Part shown: in pieces, positions 23,308 to 31,828 of the stretch | Position numbering within the stretch: position 1 is the first letter of the stretch | Layout: each line of letters opens with the position of its first letter | Source: Christensenella sp. UBA1262 | Lineage (GTDB): Bacteria > Bacillota > Clostridia > Christensenellales > CAG-917 | Direction: 5' to 3' | DNA: 33,749 nt | Assembly (NCBI GenBank): GCA_002308215.1 | Contig: DBVO01000022.1 | Span: 1-33,749, forward strand | Notes under the pieces: generated by a model | Seen by the model: only the letters and a program-made list of their open reading frames with translations | Database searches by the model: none | Told to the model about the DNA's origin: nothing | Made by a program: the position numbers and the translations under genes

Positions 23308-24336
23308 TTATTTCTCTCTTGATTTTACTTCGTTCCAAAGCTTATCAAGTTCTTCTAAACTAGATGATGGCATGTCTATGCCACGCTCGTTCGCAAGCTT
23401 CTCAACTGCCTCAAATCGACGATAAAACTTCAAACTTGCATCATGAAGTGCCATTTCCGGATCAATCTTATAAAATCTGAGCACGTTTACGACTGCAAAC
23501 AACAAGTCACCTGCTTCTTCATTCCTCTTGTCTGGAGTTGCTGTTTTGAGTTCCTCTAATTCTTCAACAACTTTCTCAAGAGCACCATCTACCTTATCCC
23601 AATCAAACCCGGATTTTTTTGCACGCTTTTGTAGTTTTTCTGCATAAAGAAGCGATGGAAGATTTTTTGGTACCTTGTCCATTGAATCAGCATAAGATGA
23701 ATACTTCTTTTCTTTTTTCTTAGCCTCATTCCAAAAAGCAAGTGCCTCTTCAGGAGTGTCAGCATGATTTGTTCCAAAAATGTGTGTGTGACGATCTATC
23801 AATTTGCGGCACAAGGTTGTAAGCATATCTCCATAATCAAAACTTCCTTCTGCTTCCGAAATTTCCGTATGGAATATTGCTTGCATAAGCACATCGCCAC
23901 ATTCTTCCTTCATCATGTCAGAATCTTTGGCATCAATAGCCTCTAAAAGCTCATATGCCTCTTCTATGAGGTTTATCCTTATTGAATCATGTGTTTGAGC
24001 TCTATCCCACTCACAGCCATCGTCAGCACGCAAACGCTTCATAATTTGTACAAAATCTGAAAAATCAAATCTGTATGCTTCAATAAGAGGAATTGCATCC
24101 ACAATTATTTTTTCATATTCGCCATCAATATCATTAACTTTGCATCTGCAGTTATCTTTGCCTATAAGCAAAACTTCGACATTCCCATAAGTATCTAACA
24201 GTTTGCTTTTAACTGCTTCAGGATGATCGCCCCCAACGATTACAAGTGGAATACGCTTATTGAAAAATAGAGTGTTTAAAAAGTCACACTCCAAATACGA
24301 CTGATATGAACGATTATTCAAATCAAAATTAGACAT
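23308..24336 (-). CDS. mazG: MazG-type nucleoside triphosphate pyrophosphohydrolase (tandem MazG domains, short YabN-like N-terminal remnant)
   Basis: EEAYELLEAI...EECGDVLMQ in the first MazG domain and EELEEL...EEAGDLLFAVVN in the second. The N-terminal part of about 95 aa resembles only the distal part of the methylase-like domain of Bacillus YabN. Confidence 0.85.
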   Translation of the reverse strand: MSNFDLNNRSYQSYLECDFLNTLFFNKRIPLVIVGGDHPEAVKSKLLDTYGNVEVLLIGKDNCRCKVNDIDGEYEKIIVDAIPLIEAYRFDFSDFVQIMKRLRADDGCEWDRAQTHDSIRINLIEEAYELLEAIDAKDSDMMKEECGDVLMQAIFHTEISEAEGSFDYGDMLTTLCRKLIDRHTHIFGTNHADTPEEALAFWNEAKKKEKKYSSYADSMDKVPKNLPSLLYAEKLQKRAKKSGFDWDKVDGALEKVVEELEELKTATPDKRNEEAGDLLFAVVNVLRFYKIDPEMALHDASLKFYRRFEAVEKLANERGIDMPSSSLEELDKLWNEVKSREK

Positions 24337-24368
24337 ATTGATGCTCCGATAATATTGATGTTATTTAT

Positions 24369-24377
24369 ATTATAACA
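24369..24377 (-). promoter_or_regulatory. Extended -10 element (TGTTATAAT) upstream of mazG
   Basis: The minus strand reads TGTTATAAT about 30 nt before the mazG ATG at 24336 and downstream of the terminator at 24428-24462. The -35 is poor. Confidence 0.4.
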
Positions 24378-24427
24378 CTAAAATATAAGTTTACGCCACA
24401 CTTTTTTCAACATTATTTATTGCGTCT

Positions 24428-24462
24428 TTAAAATACAAAACACGCGGTTTACCCACGTGTTT
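24428..24462 (-). terminator. Intrinsic terminator after the 95-aa gene
   Basis: The minus-strand RNA reads AAACACGUGG-GUAAA-CCGCGUGUUU (one G-U pair), followed by UGUAUUUU. Confidence 0.7.
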
Positions 24463-24486
24463 GTAAATAATTAACTATTGTTTCTG

Positions 24487-24774
24487 TTAAATATAGAATT
24501 GATTTGGTTTTTTCTTCTCTTCAAGAACTCGCTCTAAAATTAACGAAGAAAAATCAACATCTTCGACAAAATCTCTTGGCAAATATTTTGTTCTGTTAAA
24601 CCTCTCAAAATGTTTCAAATGACTCTCCAACGAAATAGGTGTAGCTATGTCAAGCCTATATGCTATTTCTTGAAGCATACTTTGATAATCAGACATTTTG
24701 AGCGAATAATCGCCTTCGAAAATCATGTCTTTAACGAGCTTATCGCCCTGCATTACTTTTGCCCAAACTTTCAT
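24487..24774 (-). CDS. Hypothetical small protein (95 aa)
   Basis: An ORF with its own promoter and terminator. I recognise no motif, and there is no SD within 15 nt of the ATG (see findings). Confidence 0.5.
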   Translation of the reverse strand: MKVWAKVMQGDKLVKDMIFEGDYSLKMSDYQSMLQEIAYRLDIATPISLESHLKHFERFNRTKYLPRDFVEDVDFSSLILERVLEEKKKPNQFYI

Positions 24775-24858
24775 TTGTTTGCTTTATTTTTGCCTACAAA
24801 TGCACACAAGAATGCACTCTGCAAAGTCTCCTGATACATTATTTTATTAACAGCAAGT

Positions 24859-24887
24859 ATATTAGCATTTACACTACCAAATGTCAA
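24859..24887 (-). promoter_or_regulatory. Sigma-A-type promoter for the 95-aa gene
   Basis: On the minus strand: TTGACA (24882-24887), 17-nt spacer, TAATAT (24859-24864). Confidence 0.5.
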
Positions 24888-25068
24888 GTAAGCGTGGCAT
24901 TCACCAACACCTATTTGTAATCGTAGATGCGCATCACACAACATATAGTATTTTACTAAAAATTAAAAAAACTTTTTGGCGCAAAACATAGTTTTGTGAT
25001 ATATTAATCTTCACTTATGCAAACAAGCAATTGGCAAAGAATTTTGTCATTTAGTATTAGGAGGATTC

Positions 25069-26514
25069 ATGAGTTTCGTTAAGTTCTCAAGCGACTTTTT
25101 AATGGAAACATTTACTCTCGTTGATAATCTTTTCATCAACGAGTATCTTCCTGAATGCGATGAAAAACAAATAAAGGTTTATTTGTATGGCCTATATCTT
25201 TGCTCAAACCCACCAAAAGACAACACAATAGATACGCTCTGCTCTGCACTTAATATGAGCGAAAAAGAGATCCACAGCGCATACAAAGCTTTTGAAGATA
25301 TGGGACTTGTTCAAGTTGTTTCTCAAGAACCATTTGAAGTCAAATATTTATCTTTGAAACGTGCAAATCAACCACCTAAAAAGTATAAATCTGAAAAGTG
25401 GAATGATTTTAATGCACATCTTCAACAACTCTTCCCAGAACGCATGCTCACGCCAAACGAATATAACGAATACTATTCGTTTATTGATTCAACAAAGTTT
25501 GATGCTGAAGCCATGTTAATGGTCGTGCAATATTGCATAAACCTTAAAGGCAACAACGTAAGATATCCATATATCTTAACTGTGGCAAGAAACTGGGCCC
25601 AAGAAGGCGTAAAGACAGTAAACGATGTTGAAGAACGTTTAGAAGAATATGATCGTCAACATGATGATATGACTCAAGTGTTATCTGCCTTAGGCAGAAA
25701 AGGCGCAGCCGAACTCGAAGAGAAACAAATGCTTCTTAAGTGGATGAGGAGCTGGGGTTATAGCCTTGATGCTATTATAACCGCTGCAAAAACACTAAAA
25801 GGCTCAAAAACATTTAGTAAACTTGATAGCAAACTTGACGAATTCTATCGCTTATCAATATTCAGTTCAGAAGAAATGGCTGATTATAATAAGCATATTG
25901 AAGAATTACGTGATCTTGCTATCGCAATTAATAAGAATCTCGGCGTGTTCTATGAATCATTTGAACATGAGATTGAAGTATACATTTCACCTTGGGTTGC
26001 AAAGGGATTTGATGAAGATGCACTTAAAAAGATTGCTCATCACTGCTTCCTTTCAAATGTTAGAACTCTGGATGGCATGAACAATGTTGTTAATAAGTTC
26101 TATGCGCAAGGACTTCTAACTTCAAATAGCATTGATGATTATATTGATGCTCAAATTCGCCAAGACGAAAAAATTAAAAAGATTATTGAGGCAACTGGAA
26201 GAACAAGAAGCGTTACTAACCAAGACCGTGAGTATTATCAAACTTGGTCCGCGGTATGGTTGTTCGACGATAGCGTCATTTTATATGCCGCAGAACAAGC
26301 ATCCTCAAGAACTTATCCATTGCCTTATATAAATCAAATTCTTTCTGCTTTTAAAGCAGAAGGTGTAAAAACTGTTGAAGATGCAAAAAAAGTTGCACTT
26401 CCACAATCTAATGCACAAAAAGTTTCTCGTGACTATGACGAGCGCACATATTCAAAGGAAGAACTTAGATCTGTCATTACAAGTATCGATGGACTAAGTC
26501 TAGATGACATGTAA
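25069..26514 (+). CDS. DnaD-domain replication initiation / helicase-loading protein (Bacillota DnaB/DnaD-like)
   Basis: The N-terminus is typical of DnaD/DnaB_2 proteins (FTLVDNLFINEYLPECDEKQIKVYLYGLY). Repeated DnaD-like C-terminal modules (YILTVARNWAQEGVKTVNDVE; YINQILSAFKAEGVKTVEDAKK). SD AGGAGG. It is coupled to the DnaI-like gene. Confidence 0.8.
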   Translation: MSFVKFSSDFLMETFTLVDNLFINEYLPECDEKQIKVYLYGLYLCSNPPKDNTIDTLCSALNMSEKEIHSAYKAFEDMGLVQVVSQEPFEVKYLSLKRANQPPKKYKSEKWNDFNAHLQQLFPERMLTPNEYNEYYSFIDSTKFDAEAMLMVVQYCINLKGNNVRYPYILTVARNWAQEGVKTVNDVEERLEEYDRQHDDMTQVLSALGRKGAAELEEKQMLLKWMRSWGYSLDAIITAAKTLKGSKTFSKLDSKLDEFYRLSIFSSEEMADYNKHIEELRDLAIAINKNLGVFYESFEHEIEVYISPWVAKGFDEDALKKIAHHCFLSNVRTLDGMNNVVNKFYAQGLLTSNSIDDYIDAQIRQDEKIKKIIEATGRTRSVTNQDREYYQTWSAVWLFDDSVILYAAEQASSRTYPLPYINQILSAFKAEGVKTVEDAKKVALPQSNAQKVSRDYDERTYSKEELRSVITSIDGLSLDDM

Positions 26515-27428
26515 TGAAAAAAAGAGCAATAGACATCGCACTCGCAAAAAAACGTGCTGAGATTGCACGCCAAAAGGACGCTATTATTGAAAAAACCGCC
26601 CTCATTTTGTCTATACCTGATATTAAAGAAGCTCATGGTAAATATGTCGACGCTACGTTCAAAAATGCTCTTGATGGCTTTGAGAAGCAAGAAAAAGCAG
26701 CAAAAGATGAATACATCAAGACTCTTGCGAAACATGGATATAAAGAGAGCGACATGGAATATGCCCCATCTTGCCCTATTTGCGATGACACAGGTAATGC
26801 TAACGGCAAACTATGTGCGTGTGTAAGAGATGAATACATCTCCGCTCTTAAGTCAATTTGTGAAATTGAAAAGCGTGCCCCATTTAAATTTGAAGATGCT
26901 AATTTCGAAACAATTAAAGATGAAAATCAAAAGGCTAATCTCAAAAAGTTATACGAGTACTTCAAAGCATATGCATTAAGAATCCCAAGAGTTAATATTA
27001 AAAATATATTGTTCACTGGTAACGCTGGAACAGGTAAAACAAGCCTTGCATCTGCTATTGCACGCGAAACCATTGAGCGTGGCAAGAGTGTTAAATATGT
27101 TTCGGCTTACGAATTCAATACGGCCATGTTAAACACACACACTTCACCTCTCTCTGAACGAGGATCTAGATTGCATGACTATATCACAGCTGATTTGCTA
27201 GTTATTGATGACTTAGGGATGGAACCTGTGCTTAAGAATGTAACAGAGCCATATCTTCTTCTGGTTCTTGAAGAAAGAATTAATCGCGGACTCTGCACTA
27301 TAATTACAACAAATCTCAGCACCGCACGTATTTTAGATAGATATGGCGAACGCATCTATTCACGTCTTGCAAGTAAGCAGTATTCGCGTATATTTGAAAT
27401 TAACGGGAAAGATTTGAGATTAAATTAA
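26514..27428 (+). CDS. dnaI: DnaI/DnaC-type AAA+ helicase loader
   Basis: Zn-ribbon-like CPICDDTGNANGKLCAC, Walker A GNAGTGKTSLASAIA, Walker B LLVIDDLG. The start overlaps the upstream stop as TAATG. Confidence 0.8.
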   Translation: MKKRAIDIALAKKRAEIARQKDAIIEKTALILSIPDIKEAHGKYVDATFKNALDGFEKQEKAAKDEYIKTLAKHGYKESDMEYAPSCPICDDTGNANGKLCACVRDEYISALKSICEIEKRAPFKFEDANFETIKDENQKANLKKLYEYFKAYALRIPRVNIKNILFTGNAGTGKTSLASAIARETIERGKSVKYVSAYEFNTAMLNTHTSPLSERGSRLHDYITADLLVIDDLGMEPVLKNVTEPYLLLVLEERINRGLCTIITTNLSTARILDRYGERIYSRLASKQYSRIFEINGKDLRLN

Positions 27429-27444
27429 GGTATTTTTGTAAATT

Positions 27445-27474
27445 AAAAAACGGACTAAATAGTCCGTTTTATTT
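27445..27474. terminator. Bidirectional intrinsic terminator between dnaI (+) and the nucleoside ABC operon (-)
   Basis: aaaacggact-aaat-agtccgtttt, a perfect 10-bp stem flanked by A and T runs. Confidence 0.8.
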
Positions 27475-27489
27475 TTATACTTTATTATA

Positions 27490-28443
27490 CTAACGATCTT
27501 CTCGGAAGTATGAAAGACCGAGTGCCGCAGGTGGCTGAGTTTCACGCTTATTGAACAATGAAATAACAATAAGAACAACAACCGTAACAGCATAAGGAAT
27601 GATTTTTAAAATCTCTTTCGTTGCAAAATCAACACCATTAATATAGTTTGGCGCAATATACAATAGACCGAAGATAAATGATCCAAAGATGCCTATGCCT
27701 GGTCTCCACAATGAGAAGATAACAAGGGCAACTGCGAGCCATCCCATGCCTTCGATAACGCCAGGCTCAAGAGAACCACGTGTACAGTCTAGGAGATAGA
27801 ACGCACCACCAATACCGGAAATTGCTGCGCCGAGTACGCAAGAAACATATTTATATTTGATAACTTTAATACCTGCTGCATCAGCTGCTGCTGGGTTCTC
27901 ACCAACAGCTGTAAGTGATAAACCAGTCCTTGTTTTTTTAAGAACGATTGCTGCTATTACTGCAATAATAATTGCAACATATACAAGTGTTCCATGAGAA
28001 AGGAACATTGTTGAGAACCAGTCACTGCCAACTTCTCCGAACATAGGTGCTGTAAAAGCACGGCTTGCTCTGTAGAACCTTACACCTTGCTCACCCATCA
28101 ATGTTACCCAAAAGCCGAATACGCCAGCGCCGAACGTTGTAATCGTAAGACCTGTAACATTTTGGTTGCAGCGAAGGGTGATGGTAAACCAACCATAAAG
28201 AAGGCCCATAGCACCGCCAAATAACATGGCAAAAATAATTGCAATTAAAATTGTCATAAAATTGCTCATGCCAGCGTTGTATGCCATATTTGCACCGAGA
28301 CAACCGCCAACAGCGCCAAAGCACATAATGCCAGGAATACCAAGGTTCAAGTGCCCTGATTTTTCAATAATCGTTTCACCTGTTGAACCATAAAGGAATA
28401 CTGCAGAGAATCTAATAGCTTGTGTAATTAATGCGACAAACAT
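27490..28443 (-). CDS. ABC transporter permease (BMP/nucleoside-type, NupQ-like)
   Basis: Polytopic, about 317 aa, and the last gene of the BMP-type ABC operon. Its ATG directly follows the upstream TAA. Confidence 0.85.
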   Translation of the reverse strand: MFVALITQAIRFSAVFLYGSTGETIIEKSGHLNLGIPGIMCFGAVGGCLGANMAYNAGMSNFMTILIAIIFAMLFGGAMGLLYGWFTITLRCNQNVTGLTITTFGAGVFGFWVTLMGEQGVRFYRASRAFTAPMFGEVGSDWFSTMFLSHGTLVYVAIIIAVIAAIVLKKTRTGLSLTAVGENPAAADAAGIKVIKYKYVSCVLGAAISGIGGAFYLLDCTRGSLEPGVIEGMGWLAVALVIFSLWRPGIGIFGSFIFGLLYIAPNYINGVDFATKEILKIIPYAVTVVVLIVISLFNKRETQPPAALGLSYFREDR

Positions 28444-29718
28444 TTATTTTCCCTCCTTTTCTTCTACATCTTCTGTCGAAGGGATTTCTTCATTTTCTTC
28501 AACAGTGACGGCTGACTCTTCAACCGCTTCTTCAACAATTTCTTCACTTACACTATCGCTAGCTTTGTTACTATTCTCAATTTCTTCAACTTGTTTTTTC
28601 TTTGAAAAAACACCTTTGATTTTTGCAGTGCAAAGATCAATTTTTGCTTGGAGATCCTCGCGGAAAACAAATTTGTAATTGACAAAGAATTCAACAGCAA
28701 TAATAAAGAAGAAGAATATACCAGTCATGATGCTTGGATATGACTCACCAAGTGATATACCACCATTTGCAAGTGCATTTGAACCACGTTCAATAAATAC
28801 AACCAAGAATGACATAATTGCCATAAAGATTGGATTGAATTGTCCAAGCCAAGAAATAAGTACGCCAACAAATCCTCTTCCACCGACTGATGTATCATTA
28901 ATTGAATGGTTTGTTGCACTTATGAGCAAGAATCCTGCTATACCACAAAGTACACCGCAAAGTACAAGTGTACGAATAATAACGGCTTTTGTTTTAATAC
29001 CAACATATTTTGCTGTATTAGGGCTCTCACCAACAACTGTAAGTTCGTAACCATGCTTACTAAACTTCAAATAGATTGCCATCAATGTCGTAAGAACTGC
29101 GACAACAATTATTTTAAGAACAAATTCATTACCAAATATTGAGCCAACAACACCATTTGAGAAAACAAGGATGCCAGTTCCGCTAGTAGCTACACTCTTA
29201 ATAAAGAAGTTTACAAGGCAAACCGCAATGTAGTTCATCATAAGTGTTAAAAGAGTTTCATTGGTATTCCACTTCGCTTTAAACAATGCTGGAATAACTG
29301 CCCAAACTGTAGAGAATGCAATTGCAAGAATAATAGATACAATAATTGTTGCTGCGTCACTTACTTTGCCGCCCATAAAATTAATTGCCACTGCACATCC
29401 AAGGCAGCCCATTAAAACTTGCCCTTCACCACCAATGTTCCAGAATTTCATCTTAAAACATGGCGTAACTGCTAAAGCAATAAGCAACAATATTGCTGTT
29501 TCATGGAATAAGTTCCAAGCATTTCTCTCTGAACCAAAAAGGCCTTCAAAGAAATACTTAAAGAAGTAATCCATGCCTTTGCCTGTGAGTCCAACAGATA
29601 CTATTGCACAAACAAAGAAGGAAATGACAAAAACAATACCGCGAAGTGCCCATTTGCGTCTTGGATTCACGTTAGAGTTTTTGGCTAAGTGGAAAAGAGG
29701 TTCATGAATTTTAGTCAT
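28444..29718 (-). CDS. ABC transporter permease (BMP/nucleoside-type, NupP-like) with acidic C-terminal tail
   Basis: Polytopic core of about 350 aa plus an acidic tail of about 70 aa (SEEIVEEAVEESAVTVEENEEIPSTEDVEEKEGK). SD AGGAGG lies inside the end of the ATPase gene, with an 8-nt overlap. Confidence 0.85.
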   Translation of the reverse strand: MTKIHEPLFHLAKNSNVNPRRKWALRGIVFVISFFVCAIVSVGLTGKGMDYFFKYFFEGLFGSERNAWNLFHETAILLLIALAVTPCFKMKFWNIGGEGQVLMGCLGCAVAINFMGGKVSDAATIIVSIILAIAFSTVWAVIPALFKAKWNTNETLLTLMMNYIAVCLVNFFIKSVATSGTGILVFSNGVVGSIFGNEFVLKIIVVAVLTTLMAIYLKFSKHGYELTVVGESPNTAKYVGIKTKAVIIRTLVLCGVLCGIAGFLLISATNHSINDTSVGGRGFVGVLISWLGQFNPIFMAIMSFLVVFIERGSNALANGGISLGESYPSIMTGIFFFFIIAVEFFVNYKFVFREDLQAKIDLCTAKIKGVFSKKKQVEEIENSNKASDSVSEEIVEEAVEESAVTVEENEEIPSTEDVEEKEGK

Positions 29719-31684
29719 TTGTTTTATCCTCCTTCTCTGCTAAATCTAATGCAGGCTCTTCGCTTGCTGTTTGCTCTGGCTCATGTGTTTCTAATGATTC
29801 TTTAGCGCTCTCATAATCGTAGCGTTCAATTTCATCAGGCAACTTTGTCATAAGAAGACCGATTTGTTCTTTAGTGACCTTTCTAGCATCAACAATAGCT
29901 GAAACCTTACCACCACAAAGAACAAGGATTCTGTCTGACAAAGCAAGCAATACGTCAAGGTCTTCACCGACAAATACAACTGCGGTATTGCGTGCCTTTT
30001 GTTCGTTTAAAAGATTGTAAATGAGATATGATGAGTTAACATCAAGGCCACGGACAGGATAAGCAGACATCAAAACCTTTGGTGATGATGAGATTTCACG
30101 TCCAACAAGAACCTTTTGTACGTTACCACCGGACAAACGTCTAACTGGAGTCATATCGCTTGGAGTAACAACACCAAGATCTTCAATAATCTTATCTGCT
30201 AAAGCTTTAGGACGTTTACGATTTACAAAAATTGATTTGCCCTTTCTATAACTTCTAAGCATCATGTTATCAACGATACTCATGTTTCCTACAAGACCCA
30301 TGTTAAGTCTGTCTTCAGGGACAAATGAAAGTTTAATACCAAGTTCTTGAATTTCTCTTGGTGTCTTCTTGTTAAGATCGATTACTTCATTTTCGTAGTA
30401 CAAAATTTGTTCATCATTAACAAGCTTTGTAATTTCTTTTGCTGATTTACCTTTAAGATCAACTGGGGATCCATCAGGATAATGGAACATTCCATTTGCA
30501 GCTTTTTGTTTAATTTGTCTTAAATCGTTGTGGAAGAAAGTAACTGGTTTGTTTTCTTTTGGATTATAGAAAATAACGTCACCGCCAACAACGTGTTGAA
30601 GGCCTGCAATACCTTCAAGGAGTTCTTTTTGACCATTGCCTGAAATACCTGCAATACCGAGAATTTCGCCACCATTTACAACAAATGAAACATCATCTAT
30701 TGCTTTGTGGCCTTCCTTGTTCAAAACTGTTAAATTATTAACAACTAATCTTGGTTGAGGATTTACAGGAAGATCTCTATGGATATCAAGGTCAACTTTT
30801 GCGCCGACCATCATTTCTGTTAATTCTTTTTCGCTTGTGTCTTTTGTGTTTACTACACCAATAAACTTACCTTTTCTCAAGACAGCAACACGATCTGAAA
30901 TCTCCATAACTTCGTTGAGCTTATGAGTAATGATAATAATTGATTTACCATTTTCACGCATTTTTCTCATAACCGCAAAAAGTTTTTGGATTTCTTGAGG
31001 AGTAAGAACAGCTGTTGGCTCATCAAGAATAAGATAGTCTGCTCCACGATATAATACTTTTATAATTTCGACTGTCTGCTTTTCTGATACAGACAATTCG
31101 TATACTTTCTTTTTAAGATCAATTTCAAAGCCATATTGATCTGCAATAGCTTGGATCTTCTTTGCACGGTTACGAGAAAGATGATTAAATGCAACTATTT
31201 TGCCAAACTTTATAAAAGGAAGAGCGCAAGTTTTAAGGTTACGCTTATTGTTTATCTTACCGATTGCTTTTTTTCTTTCCTTTTCATCAAGTTCTGCGCT
31301 TAATGCAGATATTTCATTTGCGGCTTGAATTTTGTATTCTTGAGTTTGCTCTTTGATGCTAAATGGTGGCATCTTTTCGCCAAGAATAATATTGTCGGCT
31401 GCTGTAAAAAGATCGACCAACTTAAAATGTTGGTGAACCATACCGATTTTGTATTTGAATGCATCAATAGGTGATTTGATGACGACTTCTTGTCCATCAA
31501 CAAAAATATGACCAGCATCTGGGAAATAGATACCAGCTAACATATTCATAAGCGTCGTCTTACCACTACCATTTTCGCCAAGCAATGACAAAATCTCGCC
31601 TTTCTCGACATCTAGGTTGACATCTTGATTGGCGTGTATTGAGCCGAATGTTTTGGTAATTCCTACAAGTTCTATTGCTTTCAT
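29711..31684 (-). CDS. ABC transporter ATP-binding protein, tandem-NBD (nucleoside/sugar-importer type, NupO/RbsA-like) with insertions
   Basis: NBD1: GENGSGKTT, LSVSEKQTVEI, LILDEPTA. NBD2: GISGNGQKEL, LSGGNVQK, VFVGEDLD. It is 657 aa against about 500-520 aa for the family. Confidence 0.9.
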   Translation of the reverse strand: MKAIELVGITKTFGSIHANQDVNLDVEKGEILSLLGENGSGKTTLMNMLAGIYFPDAGHIFVDGQEVVIKSPIDAFKYKIGMVHQHFKLVDLFTAADNIILGEKMPPFSIKEQTQEYKIQAANEISALSAELDEKERKKAIGKINNKRNLKTCALPFIKFGKIVAFNHLSRNRAKKIQAIADQYGFEIDLKKKVYELSVSEKQTVEIIKVLYRGADYLILDEPTAVLTPQEIQKLFAVMRKMRENGKSIIIITHKLNEVMEISDRVAVLRKGKFIGVVNTKDTSEKELTEMMVGAKVDLDIHRDLPVNPQPRLVVNNLTVLNKEGHKAIDDVSFVVNGGEILGIAGISGNGQKELLEGIAGLQHVVGGDVIFYNPKENKPVTFFHNDLRQIKQKAANGMFHYPDGSPVDLKGKSAKEITKLVNDEQILYYENEVIDLNKKTPREIQELGIKLSFVPEDRLNMGLVGNMSIVDNMMLRSYRKGKSIFVNRKRPKALADKIIEDLGVVTPSDMTPVRRLSGGNVQKVLVGREISSSPKVLMSAYPVRGLDVNSSYLIYNLLNEQKARNTAVVFVGEDLDVLLALSDRILVLCGGKVSAIVDARKVTKEQIGLLMTKLPDEIERYDYESAKESLETHEPEQTASEEPALDLAEKEDKTND

Positions 31685-31727
31685 TTGAAAATAAGGGGGA
31701 TTTTTATGTGCCTATTAAAACACATTT

Positions 31728-31747
31728 ACGGACTATGACTAGTCCGT
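31728..31747 (-). other. Hairpin in the SBP-ATPase intergenic region
   Basis: acggacta-tgac-tagtccgt, a perfect 8-bp stem. The same stem sequence occurs in the terminator at 27447-27470. Confidence 0.35.
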
Positions 31748-31770
31748 AGATGATTTTGATTGTTTTGCTT

Positions 31771-31812
31771 AAAAAATTAAGTTGCGTCCCACCCTTTTAG
31801 GGTGAGACGCAA
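31771..31812 (-). terminator. Intra-operon attenuator/terminator after the substrate-binding protein gene
   Basis: The minus-strand RNA reads UUGCGUCUCACCC-UAAAA-GGGUGGGACGCAA (13-bp stem, one G-U), followed by CUUAAUUUUUU. ABC importers often use such a site to set the SBP:transporter ratio. Confidence 0.65.
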
Positions 31813-31828
31813 ATTGATTAACTAATTA

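Noticed and set aside
24775-25068. Possible replication origin or DnaA-box cluster in the 294-bp spacer next to the DnaD/DnaI-like genes.
   Set aside because: By eye I found no TTATCCACA/TGTGGATAA-like boxes, only two divergent promoters. Helicase-loader genes are not normally linked to oriC.
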